From: Candidatus Saccharimonadota bacterium
GTDB lineage: Bacteria > Patescibacteriota > Saccharimonadia > Saccharimonadales > UBA10212
Direction: 5' to 3'
DNA length: 36,430 nt
Assembly (NCBI GenBank): GCA_025934715.1
Contig: JAICWR010000004.1
Span: forward strand, 1 to 36,430
Under the pieces are notes generated by a model. That model made no database searches. It saw only the letters and a program-made list of their open reading frames with translations, and had not been told where the DNA came from. A program made the position numbers and the translations under genes. Positions 1 to 9,558 of the stretch are shown here, piece after piece. Each line of letters begins with the position of its first letter. The stretch's first letter is position 1.

Positions 1-926
1 CGATTGGTCACATAGTATTCGATTGTCGCGGCCGTGCTGTTGGCCGGGCTGATGACCACGTAGGGCGTGGAGCTGAATTGGTGCGTGAAGCTGATGGTCA
101 CAAAGCATCCGGCCGGCGCGCCGGAGCCGGTGTTGATGTTAATCGAACCGGCTGTGTCGCTGCCGCTGACAGACACCGTGCCGCCACCGCCCAAAGCCGT
201 GCCTCCGGAGCGGCCCGGGCCGCCACCGCTTGACACCAGGTGCTGGTTAAAGGCCAAGTCGCCCCTGATATTAAGCTTGGTCACGCTTAAAGTGGAAACA
301 TCCAGCGCTCCGAAGGTGGCAGTACCACTGACCGACAGGTTGTTTTTAACTGTCAGCTGGCCCTGGATGACCGTGTCTTTGCTGACATTCAGGCCGCCGC
401 TTATACCGATTTGGCCGAAGGTGCCGTTGCCGCCAACCGTGATAGACGGTAACGACAGCGGGCCGCCAACCTTAAGGTTGCCGGCCACGTTCAAATCGGA
501 TCTTAACAGGACCTGGCCTTCGAAAATCGAGTTGCTTTGGACATCCAGGGTGTTTTTGGAATCACCCACCAGCGTGGTGTTGCCTTTGAGGGTCGATAGC
601 TGCTGGTCGGTCAAAGAGCCGGCTTTATTGTTACTATTCTTCGGGGCGCCGGTCTTGATGCTGACATACACCACTATACCGGCCGCCAAAACCAGCAGAA
701 TGAACACAATCAAGTAAAGATTACCGAAGATCATAGATTTTCCCGGCGGGCCCTTCTTTGGCGCCTGGCCGGAAGGTGCGGCTGGCTGCTTATCCGTTGC
801 GGTAGGCGCCTCCGGCGCCTGGCCGGCCTTACCTGCGTCCAGGCTGTCTTCTTCTTGTGGCGCGGCTGGCGGCTGGGGTGGAGCCGCCGCCGGCTCATTA
901 GTTGGTTTGTTTTGGTCTTCGGGCAT
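1..926 (-). CDS. Membrane-anchored fibre/adhesin-like protein (partial; 3' end runs off the window)
   Basis: I read an open frame from ATG at 926 (MPEDQNKPTNEPAAAPPQPP...) to the window edge. It has a Pro/Ala-rich N-terminus, one TM helix (LYLIVFILLVLAAGIVVYVSI), repeated LNVAGNLKVGG / LTVKNNLSVSG beta motifs and a distal VTISFTHQFSSTPYVVISPAN segment. It is absent from the ORF track, presumably because it has no stop in the window. Confidence 0.85.
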   Translation of the reverse strand, partial: MPEDQNKPTNEPAAAPPQPPAAPQEEDSLDAGKAGQAPEAPTATDKQPAAPSGQAPKKGPPGKSMIFGNLYLIVFILLVLAAGIVVYVSIKTGAPKNSNNKAGSLTDQQLSTLKGNTTLVGDSKNTLDVQSNSIFEGQVLLRSDLNVAGNLKVGGPLSLPSITVGGNGTFGQIGISGGLNVSKDTVIQGQLTVKNNLSVSGTATFGALDVSTLSVTKLNIRGDLAFNQHLVSSGGGPGRSGGTALGGGGTVSVSGSDTAGSININTGSGAPAGCFVTISFTHQFSSTPYVVISPANSTAATIEYYVTN

Positions 927-991
927 TTTTTATCGTTTGATTTACTACATCAATAATATAGACGTTAACAGTTTGATACAATATATGGCTG

Positions 992-1672
992 ATGGCCAGG
1001 GGTTATATCTACAGGAGACCGGTTAAGCGTTCGCACTACAGCAACTTCCGGCGCAATCTGGTGATTTTCTTCGCGGCGGTCATCGCGCTTGGCGTTATCG
1101 CCTACTTTATACTGTCAGGCTTGCACCAACCCAACCTGGGGGCCACATCATCGGTCACTAATACCCAGGTCACTGGTAACTTAACCACGTTCACAAACGA
1201 TTATTTCCAATTCCAAGATACCGGCACCTGGGTTTTAGATAAGAAAGATAGCAGCGCCAGCCGCGTTGTTTATCATAAATTCCTAAAAAATGTTCTGGAA
1301 AATGAGCTGATCGTCTATATCAACCAGACCCCGATCCCCTTGTACATAGAAACGCCCAGGGTCTTGCCTGTCCATATCATCAATGACAACCGGCTGTCAG
1401 CTAACAGCGTCTCAAACCCATGTGTCAGCCAGTACGCTAAAGGCGAGCTCCATAAAGTCAAGGAAGTGACTATCAGCGGCGCCCTTATGCTCTGCGACCC
1501 GGACTCAACTGACTACTTTGTAATTTTGAGCGAAATCGGCGGGGACTATACGCTAAATATGAAACGGTCTAGCGGCAAGCCGATAAGCTTTGTCATCACC
1601 TATAAGGACGTCGGCCTGAATCCCCAGCCGGACAGCATCTTAAGCATCGCCTCGACTTTTAAGACCCGCTAA
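992..1672 (+). CDS. Hypothetical single-pass membrane protein
   Basis: 226-aa ORF with a basic N-terminus, one TM helix and two Cys in the outer domain. TGATACAAT lies at 974-982, just upstream. Confidence 0.75.
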   Translation: MARGYIYRRPVKRSHYSNFRRNLVIFFAAVIALGVIAYFILSGLHQPNLGATSSVTNTQVTGNLTTFTNDYFQFQDTGTWVLDKKDSSASRVVYHKFLKNVLENELIVYINQTPIPLYIETPRVLPVHIINDNRLSANSVSNPCVSQYAKGELHKVKEVTISGALMLCDPDSTDYFVILSEIGGDYTLNMKRSSGKPISFVITYKDVGLNPQPDSILSIASTFKTR

Positions 1673-1698
1673 GCGGCAATTTGCTATACTCCTAACAG

Positions 1699-2439
1699 AT
1701 GAAATGGTTACGTTTTGTCAGTCTCGGACTGTTTTCCCTTTTAGGTTTGGGAGGTGTAGCTTTTGCCCAGTATAGTTCGAGTAACTATAAGGCCAACGAA
1801 GTTATTTTCGGCTCGGGCGGCGACAATGGCCAGGCATCTGCTAATTACGAAGCCAGTGTGGCCGCCGGAATACTGGGAGTTGGCTTGTACAGCAGCGCCA
1901 ATTACCAAGCCTATTCAGGCTTTTTGACGCCGGGTGACCCCTTTTTGGAACTGGGCATAGATACGGCTTCTGTGGATTTAGGAAACCTAAGCCCCTCTAG
2001 CACTAATAGCGGGCAGGCAAGCTTCCACGTGCGGGCTTACATAGACAGCGGCTACACTGTGCAGACGGTCAGCCAGCCGCCAACTTACACAAGCGGGACC
2101 CGCAGCCATACTTTACCGGCCAAAGCCACTCTAGGGGCCCCGTCAGTTGGCATAGAAGAATTTGGCATCAACCTGGTCCATAACACTTCACCGGCAGTCG
2201 GCTCTGACCCGGCGCCGCAGCCAAGCAGCGCCTTCGCCACGGGCGTGGCGGCGTCGGGCTACAACACTCCAAACCAGTTTAAGTACAATGTTGGTGATAT
2301 CGTAGCCCAAACACCGTCCGGCAGCAGCGGCTGGGGGCTGACCCAATACACCATTTCTTATATAGCTGACGCCAGTATTTTGACTCCATCCGGTAATTAC
2401 CAGATGGCCCAAGATCTAGTGGTTGTCGCCACATACTAA
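1699..2439 (+). CDS. Secreted WxL/pilin-like beta protein (short paralogue)
   Basis: Signal peptide ending AFA-Q, FGINL..N motif and C-terminus GNYQMAQDLVVVATY, shared in pattern with the next three ORFs. Confidence 0.75.
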   Translation: MKWLRFVSLGLFSLLGLGGVAFAQYSSSNYKANEVIFGSGGDNGQASANYEASVAAGILGVGLYSSANYQAYSGFLTPGDPFLELGIDTASVDLGNLSPSSTNSGQASFHVRAYIDSGYTVQTVSQPPTYTSGTRSHTLPAKATLGAPSVGIEEFGINLVHNTSPAVGSDPAPQPSSAFATGVAASGYNTPNQFKYNVGDIVAQTPSGSSGWGLTQYTISYIADASILTPSGNYQMAQDLVVVATY

Positions 2440-2540
2440 AAAGACAAATTCGCTGACATGTGGAAAACTCCGCCAAAATCTTCTTTACATAGGGACGCTT
2501 ATGTTATAAATTCTCCTTAGGACTCAAAAAACAAAAAAAA

Positions 2541-3950
2541 ATGAAAAAAGTGCGCACTCTTATAAAGGGTCAAATCTACCGGTTATATTTACTGGCCGCG
2601 GCGGTAGTGATAGCCGCAGGCGGCATTATGCCTTTGCTGATGACAGGCCAGGCCGAGGCCTATGGGCAGATCACCAACCGGTCGCTGACGATTTCCTCCG
2701 GCGTGCCCAGTAAGACCAACGTTAAATACTCGTTCACCTTCACACTAGCTTCAACATCCGACGTCCAGAGCCTTAAATTCATAGCCTGTAACGCTCCGGC
2801 TGTCTTCACCTATCCGGGCAGTACCACCAACTGTGTTGCTCCAACCGGTTTGAGTTTCAGTAGCGCGACGTTTGATGCCCCCAGTTTTTCCGGTTGGCAG
2901 GGTGCCACTAACTTTGTGGCAGGCGCCGGCTCAGTGGGGAGCGACTGCGTAGCTGCCGCTAATATTATATGTGCCAACCGGACCGACCTCACAAACCAAA
3001 CGGCTACATCACGCACCATCGCGTTCACCGGCATTACGAACCCCAGTACAGTTAACACGGCCTTTTATGTTGGTATCTACACCTATAGCGATAGCGGCTA
3101 TACAGTTGGAAACCTGGTGGACTTTGGCGCCACCGCGACAGCCGTGACCCAAACGCTTACCACCGATGCGGCTGTGGCTGAAGTTTTGCAGTTTTGCGTG
3201 GGTGCGACCACTGTGGATGACGTCAATAACACCCTACCAGGCAACCTCATAGCCAACGATTGCTCAGGCGTCAGCGGCACCACCGTGGATATCGGTACTC
3301 TGGACACCTCAACAGTGAATATTTCGCCCGTGACAACCGATGGTGGAAATAGTAATAACGCCGTTGCCATGGTACGGAGTAATGCCGGTAATGGTGTGGG
3401 AGTTTATTATGATGCCATCCAAGCCTCAACCGGGACAAACCATCTGGGGGCGCTGCGCATCAGTGGCCAGACTTGTAACACCGTGGGCGACCCCGGGGCG
3501 GACCCCAATGGCAATACCTTTACAGATCCCTGCATAAACTCCGATGGCTGGAACGCCGGCACCGGAAATGCCACCCAAACCGCAATCAGTGCCGGAACTG
3601 AATCCTTTGGAATGACCATAGCCGGCGTCAACAGTAACGGTACGACTTCATACTCTTGCCAGTATGGCGATAGTGGCCAAAGCCTCGCCGTTGGCAACTC
3701 CTGCCACCTGGAGCCACAAACTAACTACCTAGGGGCCGGTGGTACAGGTACCGAAGATTACGGTACAAGCAACGGATTTGCCTGGGATGAAGACGGCAGC
3801 TCCACGATAATCGCCAGCTCCGCTGGATCCTCTGTAAAGCAGGTTGACGACGAAGCCCTTATGGTCAAATTCGCTGGTACCCCGGAAATCACCACGCCGT
3901 TCGGCCGCTACTCCGTGCAAACCGACTTCACCGCTGTACCCACCTACTAG
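2541..3950 (+). CDS. Secreted Cys-containing WxL/pilin-like protein
   Basis: Signal peptide ending AEA, N-domain starting NRSLTISS, several Cys pairs and C-terminus GRYSVQTDFTAVPTY. Confidence 0.8.
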   Translation: MKKVRTLIKGQIYRLYLLAAAVVIAAGGIMPLLMTGQAEAYGQITNRSLTISSGVPSKTNVKYSFTFTLASTSDVQSLKFIACNAPAVFTYPGSTTNCVAPTGLSFSSATFDAPSFSGWQGATNFVAGAGSVGSDCVAAANIICANRTDLTNQTATSRTIAFTGITNPSTVNTAFYVGIYTYSDSGYTVGNLVDFGATATAVTQTLTTDAAVAEVLQFCVGATTVDDVNNTLPGNLIANDCSGVSGTTVDIGTLDTSTVNISPVTTDGGNSNNAVAMVRSNAGNGVGVYYDAIQASTGTNHLGALRISGQTCNTVGDPGADPNGNTFTDPCINSDGWNAGTGNATQTAISAGTESFGMTIAGVNSNGTTSYSCQYGDSGQSLAVGNSCHLEPQTNYLGAGGTGTEDYGTSNGFAWDEDGSSTIIASSAGSSVKQVDDEALMVKFAGTPEITTPFGRYSVQTDFTAVPTY

Positions 3951-3971
3951 CGCCTATACTCCGCTTATCTT

Positions 3972-3999
3972 AAAATCCGCCTTAGCAAGCGGATTTTTT
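3972..3999 (+). terminator. Intrinsic terminator
   Basis: AAAATCCGC-cttagcaa-GCGGATTTT followed by further T residues, 21 nt after the stop at 3950. Confidence 0.75.
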
Positions 4000-4082
4000 G
4001 GTTGTATTGGGAAAGTGCTCATGGTATAAATTAATCAGTACTTTATCGGAGAGAAACACCCGAAACAGATACTCAAACCAAA

Positions 4083-5444
4083 ATGAGTAAAAGTCTTTTT
4101 GTTTTTGCTAAGAAAAAACAGCACCTTGCCGTGCTGGCTTGTTATTTGCTAGCTACAGTGGCGGTCTTTCTTTCTCCTCTCTTCTTGCTAACGGGTGAAG
4201 CCAGCGCCTCCGGCCAGCTTACCCTTAGGTCGCTCACATTAAGCACGGCTCAGGCTAGCGCCACGAACGTCTCTTATACATTCACCTTTAACAATGTCTC
4301 CACGACCGCGATAAAAGGGCTGAAGTTCATTGCTTGTACAACCGCTGTAGGCACCTATGGCGGCGGGAACACTTGTGCCGGAACGAGCACCGCTCCGACA
4401 GGCTTTAGTTTTTCAGCTGGTCCGGCCGCATTTGTGAGCCAGACCGGATTTGCCGACAACGGCATCAGTTTCGCTAGAGATGGCACTGGCGGAACCTATT
4501 GCACCCCGTCGGCTAACGTGCTCTGTGCCAGCAGGTCAGGGAACTCCACCGCTGAAACGACGAATACCACCCACACGATCAAATTTAGCGGCATCGTGAA
4601 CTCGTCCACCACGAACACCGCTTTTTATATCGGTATATATACCTACGACGCAACCACCAACGCCTCGGCATTGGACGGCGGAACAGTGGCCGGCGCCATA
4701 GTCCAGAGCCTGACTGTGAGCGCGCGGGTGGCTGAAATCTTAAACTTTTGTATCGGCAGCACGGCGGTTGATGACGCCACGACTGACCCGACTAACAGTG
4801 GCTCGCACGATTGCTCGGTGATCTCGGGCACGTCTGTGAATATCGGTACTTTGGACTCGGGAGCTGTTAATGTTTCCCCGGTTACCGCAAACGGCGGCGA
4901 TAGTAATAACGGCATAGCAATGGTTAGGAGTAATGCTGCTAACGGCGTCAATGTTTACTACAGGGCTATTCAGGCGTCGACTGGCGCTAACCATCTTGGC
5001 ACCCTTAGGATAACCGGAGCCACTTGTTCTACGCCGGGGAACAGTAACTCAGATGGCTGTATAAACGCCATCGGCAATACCCAGTCCAAAATAACCGCCG
5101 GCTCTGAAGATTTTGGCATGACAGTCGCCGGGGTCAATTGTGGCAGCACCACCAGCTACACCTGTACTTTCTCCACTGGTGCCTATGATCTTGTGCCACA
5201 AAGTCCATATGTGGGCGAAAGCGGCAATAACTTCTGTAATCTCGACACATGCAACACAGCCGGTAGTGGTTTTGCCTGGGATGAGACCGGCACAGCCGAG
5301 GAAATCGCTTCATCAACTGCCAGCGCTACACCGCAGGTTGACGATGAAGCCCTTATTCTAAAATTCGCGGCAACATCCAACATCATCACCCCATTCGGTT
5401 CTTATTCGGTCCAAGCCGATTTCATCGCCGTACCGACTTATTAG
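4083..5444 (+). CDS. Secreted Cys-containing WxL/pilin-like protein (paralogue of 2541..3950)
   Basis: Collinear similarity to the previous ORF: LKFIAC, NTAFY.GIYTY, VAE.L.FC.G, AMVRSNA.NGV, GFAWDE, QVDDEAL, AVPTY. Confidence 0.8.
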   Translation: MSKSLFVFAKKKQHLAVLACYLLATVAVFLSPLFLLTGEASASGQLTLRSLTLSTAQASATNVSYTFTFNNVSTTAIKGLKFIACTTAVGTYGGGNTCAGTSTAPTGFSFSAGPAAFVSQTGFADNGISFARDGTGGTYCTPSANVLCASRSGNSTAETTNTTHTIKFSGIVNSSTTNTAFYIGIYTYDATTNASALDGGTVAGAIVQSLTVSARVAEILNFCIGSTAVDDATTDPTNSGSHDCSVISGTSVNIGTLDSGAVNVSPVTANGGDSNNGIAMVRSNAANGVNVYYRAIQASTGANHLGTLRITGATCSTPGNSNSDGCINAIGNTQSKITAGSEDFGMTVAGVNCGSTTSYTCTFSTGAYDLVPQSPYVGESGNNFCNLDTCNTAGSGFAWDETGTAEEIASSTASATPQVDDEALILKFAATSNIITPFGSYSVQADFIAVPTY

Positions 5445-5474
5445 CCGTCATTTAAGCTAGAATATATAAAGGTT

Positions 5475-6512
5475 ATGTTAAAGAAGAGCCGGGTCTTCAT
5501 ACTATTGGCTGTTGCTTTGCTCTGTGGTTTTTTGGTCGCCAAAGGCCAGACTGCAGCGAGCACCTTTCCCAACCGATCTGTGACTGTATCTTCAGGACTG
5601 CCCTCGGCGGTCACCACTCAAACATTTCGGTTCAACGTCCCCACTGCCTCGGTGGTTGGTTCTATCGTCTTGCAATATTGCTCCAATTCGCCACTATTTG
5701 TGATCCCGTGTGTAGCGCCTGCTGGGCTTGATGCCTCGGCGGCTAACTTAACCAGCCAGTCAGGCAACATCGGCTTTAGTGTAGATAGTGCGGATACTAC
5801 AGCGAGTGAAATCGTCCTGACCAGGACGGCCGCGCCGGGCTTGCTTGTGCCTAGCGCCTATTCTTTTAATAATATTACGAATCCGTCCACCACCGGGACA
5901 ACTTATGTCCGGATTTCGACGCATTCGTCAACAGATGGCAGCGGCGCCGAGGAGGACACCGGTGGAGTGGCATTCGCGACCCTCAATGCTTTTAATATCG
6001 GGGCGTTCGTACCGCCGTTTTTGCAACTATGCGTTGGTATCACAGTGGCCCCAGACTGCTCCACGACCAGCGGCGACAGCATTGATTTAGGAGACCTGTC
6101 ATCAACACGGGCTAATTTCGCCCAATCACAATTCGCGGTGGCAACTAATGACTTGTCTGGTTATACTATCTATTCGCTTGGCACCACCATGACCTCCGGA
6201 AACAACACGATTGCGGCTCTGGGCTCGCCAAGGGCCAGCTTTCCCGGTACGGCGCAGTTCGGTATCAACCTTCGGTCAAATCTCATCCCGCCGATTGGCC
6301 AAAACCCTGTTGGTGTCGGCACCGGAACCCCGACCGCAAACTATAACTTACCAAACCGCTTCACGTACATTGACGGCGACGCCATCGCCGATTCTCCGCT
6401 GACCACTAACTACAACCGCATGACTGTCTCGTATCTTGTGAACGTGCCGTCTAACCAGCCAGCCGGGATTTACGCCACCACCATAACCTACACAGCGATA
6501 GTTTCATTTTAA
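5475..6512 (+). CDS. Secreted WxL/pilin-like protein
   Basis: Signal peptide, NRSVTVSS N-domain, FGINL motif and C-terminus GIYATTITYTAIVSF. Confidence 0.78.
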   Translation: MLKKSRVFILLAVALLCGFLVAKGQTAASTFPNRSVTVSSGLPSAVTTQTFRFNVPTASVVGSIVLQYCSNSPLFVIPCVAPAGLDASAANLTSQSGNIGFSVDSADTTASEIVLTRTAAPGLLVPSAYSFNNITNPSTTGTTYVRISTHSSTDGSGAEEDTGGVAFATLNAFNIGAFVPPFLQLCVGITVAPDCSTTSGDSIDLGDLSSTRANFAQSQFAVATNDLSGYTIYSLGTTMTSGNNTIAALGSPRASFPGTAQFGINLRSNLIPPIGQNPVGVGTGTPTANYNLPNRFTYIDGDAIADSPLTTNYNRMTVSYLVNVPSNQPAGIYATTITYTAIVSF

Positions 6513-6562
6513 TTACCCTGGGGCTTTGCTATACTATTTTTAACTGACCTAACGGAGAAAGA

Positions 6563-7531
6563 ATGCCAAAATTCAAAAAACTGATACCGGCAGTTGCAGC
6601 CTTTTCGCTGCTGTTCAATGCCATACCTTTCGTGGCTGCCCAGCAGGCCCCTAGTGGCAGCGGTTTGAGTATATCGCCCACCATTTCGCAGTACACGATT
6701 AAACAAGGTGGCAGCCAGAGCCTGACGATAACGCTTAAGAACGTGACAGTCGACGCCGTGGTGGCGAAGGGCGAAGTCGATGATTTTAAAGCCGATAACC
6801 TGACCGGCAACCCTCAAATTATCACTAATTCCAACCAAACGTCGCCAAACAGTATCAAACCGTTTGTGAATAACCTGGATGACGTGCCTTTGGCCAAAGG
6901 CCAGCAAAAACAGGTGATTATTGGGCTGGATATTCCTAAAAACACCCCGGCTGGCGCTTACTACGGAGTTATCCGCTACCGCGCCATACCAAAAAACCTG
7001 GCCCAGTCAGGACCGGGCCAGGTGGCTCTGACCGCCAGCGTAGGGACAATCGTGCTGATAACAGTCCCCGGTAATATCCGGACGCAGGTGCATGTTGACG
7101 GGCTGCAAGTTTACCGCGGTGCTCGCTCGGGCACACTTTTTGTCAAAACACCAAATAAAGTCGGCATAAAGATCACCAACTTTGGCAATGGCTTCATCCA
7201 GCCGTTTGGCGATATCGAAATACACGACATGTTTAATAAGAGTGTCGCCAACTTCCCGTTTAACAACCCTAAGCAGCTTGGTAACATTCTGCCCAATAGC
7301 AGCCGGACTTTCACGCACAACTTCAGCGGAGTCCATAAAATCGGACGTTACACTGTGTTGGCAAGTGTCAGCTACGGTAATGGCGGGCAAGTGCTGACTC
7401 TACAGAAAACGTTCTGGTACATACCGGTGTGGCTGATCATCATAATTGTCATTATCCTTGCCGGCTTGTTCTATCTGGCTTACCGTTCCTGGCGGGCATA
7501 TAAACGCAGCCAGAGGCATGGCCGCCGCTAG
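6563..7531 (+). CDS. DUF916/DUF3324-like (WxL-interacting or chaperone-like) membrane-anchored protein
   Basis: Signal peptide; GLSISP..., PKNTPAGAYYGVI, SVGTIVLITVPG, N.GNG..QP.G and IGRYTV motifs; C-terminal TM helix with basic tail. Confidence 0.7.
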   Translation: MPKFKKLIPAVAAFSLLFNAIPFVAAQQAPSGSGLSISPTISQYTIKQGGSQSLTITLKNVTVDAVVAKGEVDDFKADNLTGNPQIITNSNQTSPNSIKPFVNNLDDVPLAKGQQKQVIIGLDIPKNTPAGAYYGVIRYRAIPKNLAQSGPGQVALTASVGTIVLITVPGNIRTQVHVDGLQVYRGARSGTLFVKTPNKVGIKITNFGNGFIQPFGDIEIHDMFNKSVANFPFNNPKQLGNILPNSSRTFTHNFSGVHKIGRYTVLASVSYGNGGQVLTLQKTFWYIPVWLIIIIVIILAGLFYLAYRSWRAYKRSQRHGRR

Positions 7532-7563
7532 CAACGTTTAACACCGCTCCGGGTGGGTGGAAA

Positions 7564-8448
7564 ATGAAAACCAAAAACCTAATCACAAACAAATGGCCCT
7601 GGGTGGCGCTTTTGGCGCCCTTGCTCATCATGTTATTCCCTCCGCCGGCCATAGCGGCCACTTCCGCGTCTGGGTCAACGGGGATCCAGGGTACGGTTCC
7701 CGGGCCGCCGCCTTCGCGCGGCGCCACCATCGACATACCGAGCAACGGCCAGTCTTTCAGTAACCTGCCGATCACCGTCTCGGGCTTATGCCCTGATAAT
7801 ACAACAGTCGAGATCTATAAAAATAATGTCTTCGCCGGTTCGGCGGACTGCTCACACGGCAGTTACAGCCTGCAAATTGATTTGTTCGATGGCCGGAACG
7901 ACTTGGTGGCTAAAGTTTTCGATAACCTCAATCAGGCTGGCCCCAACTCCAACACAGTGACCGTCACTTACCAGTCAGCCGTTCCAGTGGGCGGCCAACG
8001 GATCACTTTGACAACCCAATTTTCTAAACGGGGCGCCAACCCCGGAGAAGTTCTGACCTGGCCGATAACCTTGAGTGGCGGCGTTGGGCCTTACGCCATC
8101 AGCGTTGATTGGGGTGACAGCTCTAACCCTGATCTGATAAGCGAGAGCGCTCCGGGTAACTTTAACATCCAGCACACCTATGCCCAGGCCGGCGTTTATA
8201 AAGTGACTGTCAAAGCCACGGACTCAAAAGGGGACAGCGCCTTCCTCCAGCTGGTGGCCATCGCCAATGGGCCGGCCAAACTAACCGGCGGCAACACCAG
8301 CAACACCAATACGATAATCCAGACTAAAGTATTGCTTTGGCCAGTGATTGCTCTGTTTATTTTAATGCTGGCGTCATTTTTCATTGGCCGGCGCCACCAG
8401 CTTGAAGCCATCAGGAATAAGCTAAAAAAAGGCGATCCACCTCTTTAA
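7564..8448 (+). CDS. Ig-like + PKD domain surface protein with C-terminal TM anchor
   Basis: PKD signature VDWGDS...HTYAQAGVYKVTV, an N-terminal Ig-like domain with a Cys pair, signal peptide and C-terminal TM helix. Confidence 0.78.
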   Translation: MKTKNLITNKWPWVALLAPLLIMLFPPPAIAATSASGSTGIQGTVPGPPPSRGATIDIPSNGQSFSNLPITVSGLCPDNTTVEIYKNNVFAGSADCSHGSYSLQIDLFDGRNDLVAKVFDNLNQAGPNSNTVTVTYQSAVPVGGQRITLTTQFSKRGANPGEVLTWPITLSGGVGPYAISVDWGDSSNPDLISESAPGNFNIQHTYAQAGVYKVTVKATDSKGDSAFLQLVAIANGPAKLTGGNTSNTNTIIQTKVLLWPVIALFILMLASFFIGRRHQLEAIRNKLKKGDPPL

Positions 8449-8455
8449 CCGCCTC

Positions 8456-8464
8456 TGTTATAAT
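8456..8464 (+). promoter_or_regulatory. Extended -10 promoter element of mnmA
   Basis: TGTTATAAT ends 9 nt before the ATG at 8474; no Shine-Dalgarno sequence. Confidence 0.6.
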
Positions 8465-8473
8465 GGTTGGCAA

Positions 8474-9520
8474 ATGAAGAAGGTGTATGTTGGTTTATCC
8501 GGCGGGGTCGATAGCTCCGTCAGCGCTGCGCTACTCAAACAGCAGGGCTATGATGTGGTTGGAGTTTACATGAAAAACTGGACTAAAGATTTACCGGGCA
8601 TGCCTTGCCCGTGGATGGATGACTTCCAGGATGCCAAAAGGGTGGCAGTTCAACTGGGGATAGACTTTAAGGTATACGATTTTGAAAAGCAGTACTTCGA
8701 CAAAGTGGTCAAATACATGCTTGACGGTTTTGCCGCCGGCTTCACGCCCAACCCGGACATTATGTGTAACCAGGAAATAAAATTTAAACTTTTCTTGGAC
8801 ACGGCGCTAAAAGACGGGGCGGACTTGATAGCAACCGGCCACTACGCCAAAACAGCCGGCAGCCAACTAAATATAGCGCATGACAAAAACAAGGATCAGA
8901 CTTATTTTTTGCACCGGGTGCCAGGCAAGGCGTTTAAAAGGACCATATTTCCGCTGGGTGATTTGACTAAGCCGCAGGTAAGGATAGCGGCGAAGAAATT
9001 TGGATTAGTCACAGCCGATAAAAAAGAGAGCATGGGCATTTGTTTTGTCGGCAAAGTCAGTATTAAGGATTTTCTTAAGCAATATATTCAGGAAAAGCCT
9101 GGGAAAATTATTAGCCGAACAGGCCAAACGCTTGGCAGTCACGAGGGCGCTTTTTTCTACACTTTCGGACAGCGGCACGGGTTGGAACTCGGCGGCGGCT
9201 TGCCGTACTACGTCGTCGGCAAGGATATCAAGAAAAACCAAGTTTACGTGACAACTGATTTACAGGATAAAAAATTATGGAACGATAAGATCATATTTAC
9301 CTCGGCCCACTGGATAAACGAGGAGCCTCGGAGCGGCCAAAAACTGGTGGCGCGGACACGGCACCGGGGCAAGCTGATACCAGTCAAAAAACTTAACAAG
9401 TTAAGTGGTTCACGCTGGCGGGCCGATCTAGCGGAAGAAGTCAGGGCCCTAACTCCCGGCCAATCCTGCGTTTTTTACTCCGGGCAGCAGTGCCTAGGTG
9501 GCGGCATCGTCACCAGCTAG
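8474..9520 (+). CDS. mnmA: tRNA-specific 2-thiouridylase MnmA
   Basis: PP-loop SGGVDSS, PNPDIMCNQEIKF, ATGHYA, KDQTYFL, ESMGICF, GQRHGL, TPGQ. Confidence 0.97.
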   Translation: MKKVYVGLSGGVDSSVSAALLKQQGYDVVGVYMKNWTKDLPGMPCPWMDDFQDAKRVAVQLGIDFKVYDFEKQYFDKVVKYMLDGFAAGFTPNPDIMCNQEIKFKLFLDTALKDGADLIATGHYAKTAGSQLNIAHDKNKDQTYFLHRVPGKAFKRTIFPLGDLTKPQVRIAAKKFGLVTADKKESMGICFVGKVSIKDFLKQYIQEKPGKIISRTGQTLGSHEGAFFYTFGQRHGLELGGGLPYYVVGKDIKKNQVYVTTDLQDKKLWNDKIIFTSAHWINEEPRSGQKLVARTRHRGKLIPVKKLNKLSGSRWRADLAEEVRALTPGQSCVFYSGQQCLGGGIVTS

Positions 9521-9558
9521 AATTTTTTATCGTTGTCACCTCTGTTACAATATTGCTG

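Noticed and set aside
67-717. 216-aa plus-strand ORF in the track
   Set aside because: It is an antisense shadow of the minus-strand gene starting at 926, which has a coherent TM plus beta-repeat architecture.
9490-9558. N-terminal extension of AlaRS from the track start
   Set aside because: It overlaps mnmA; family similarity and the -10 box point to ATG 9559.
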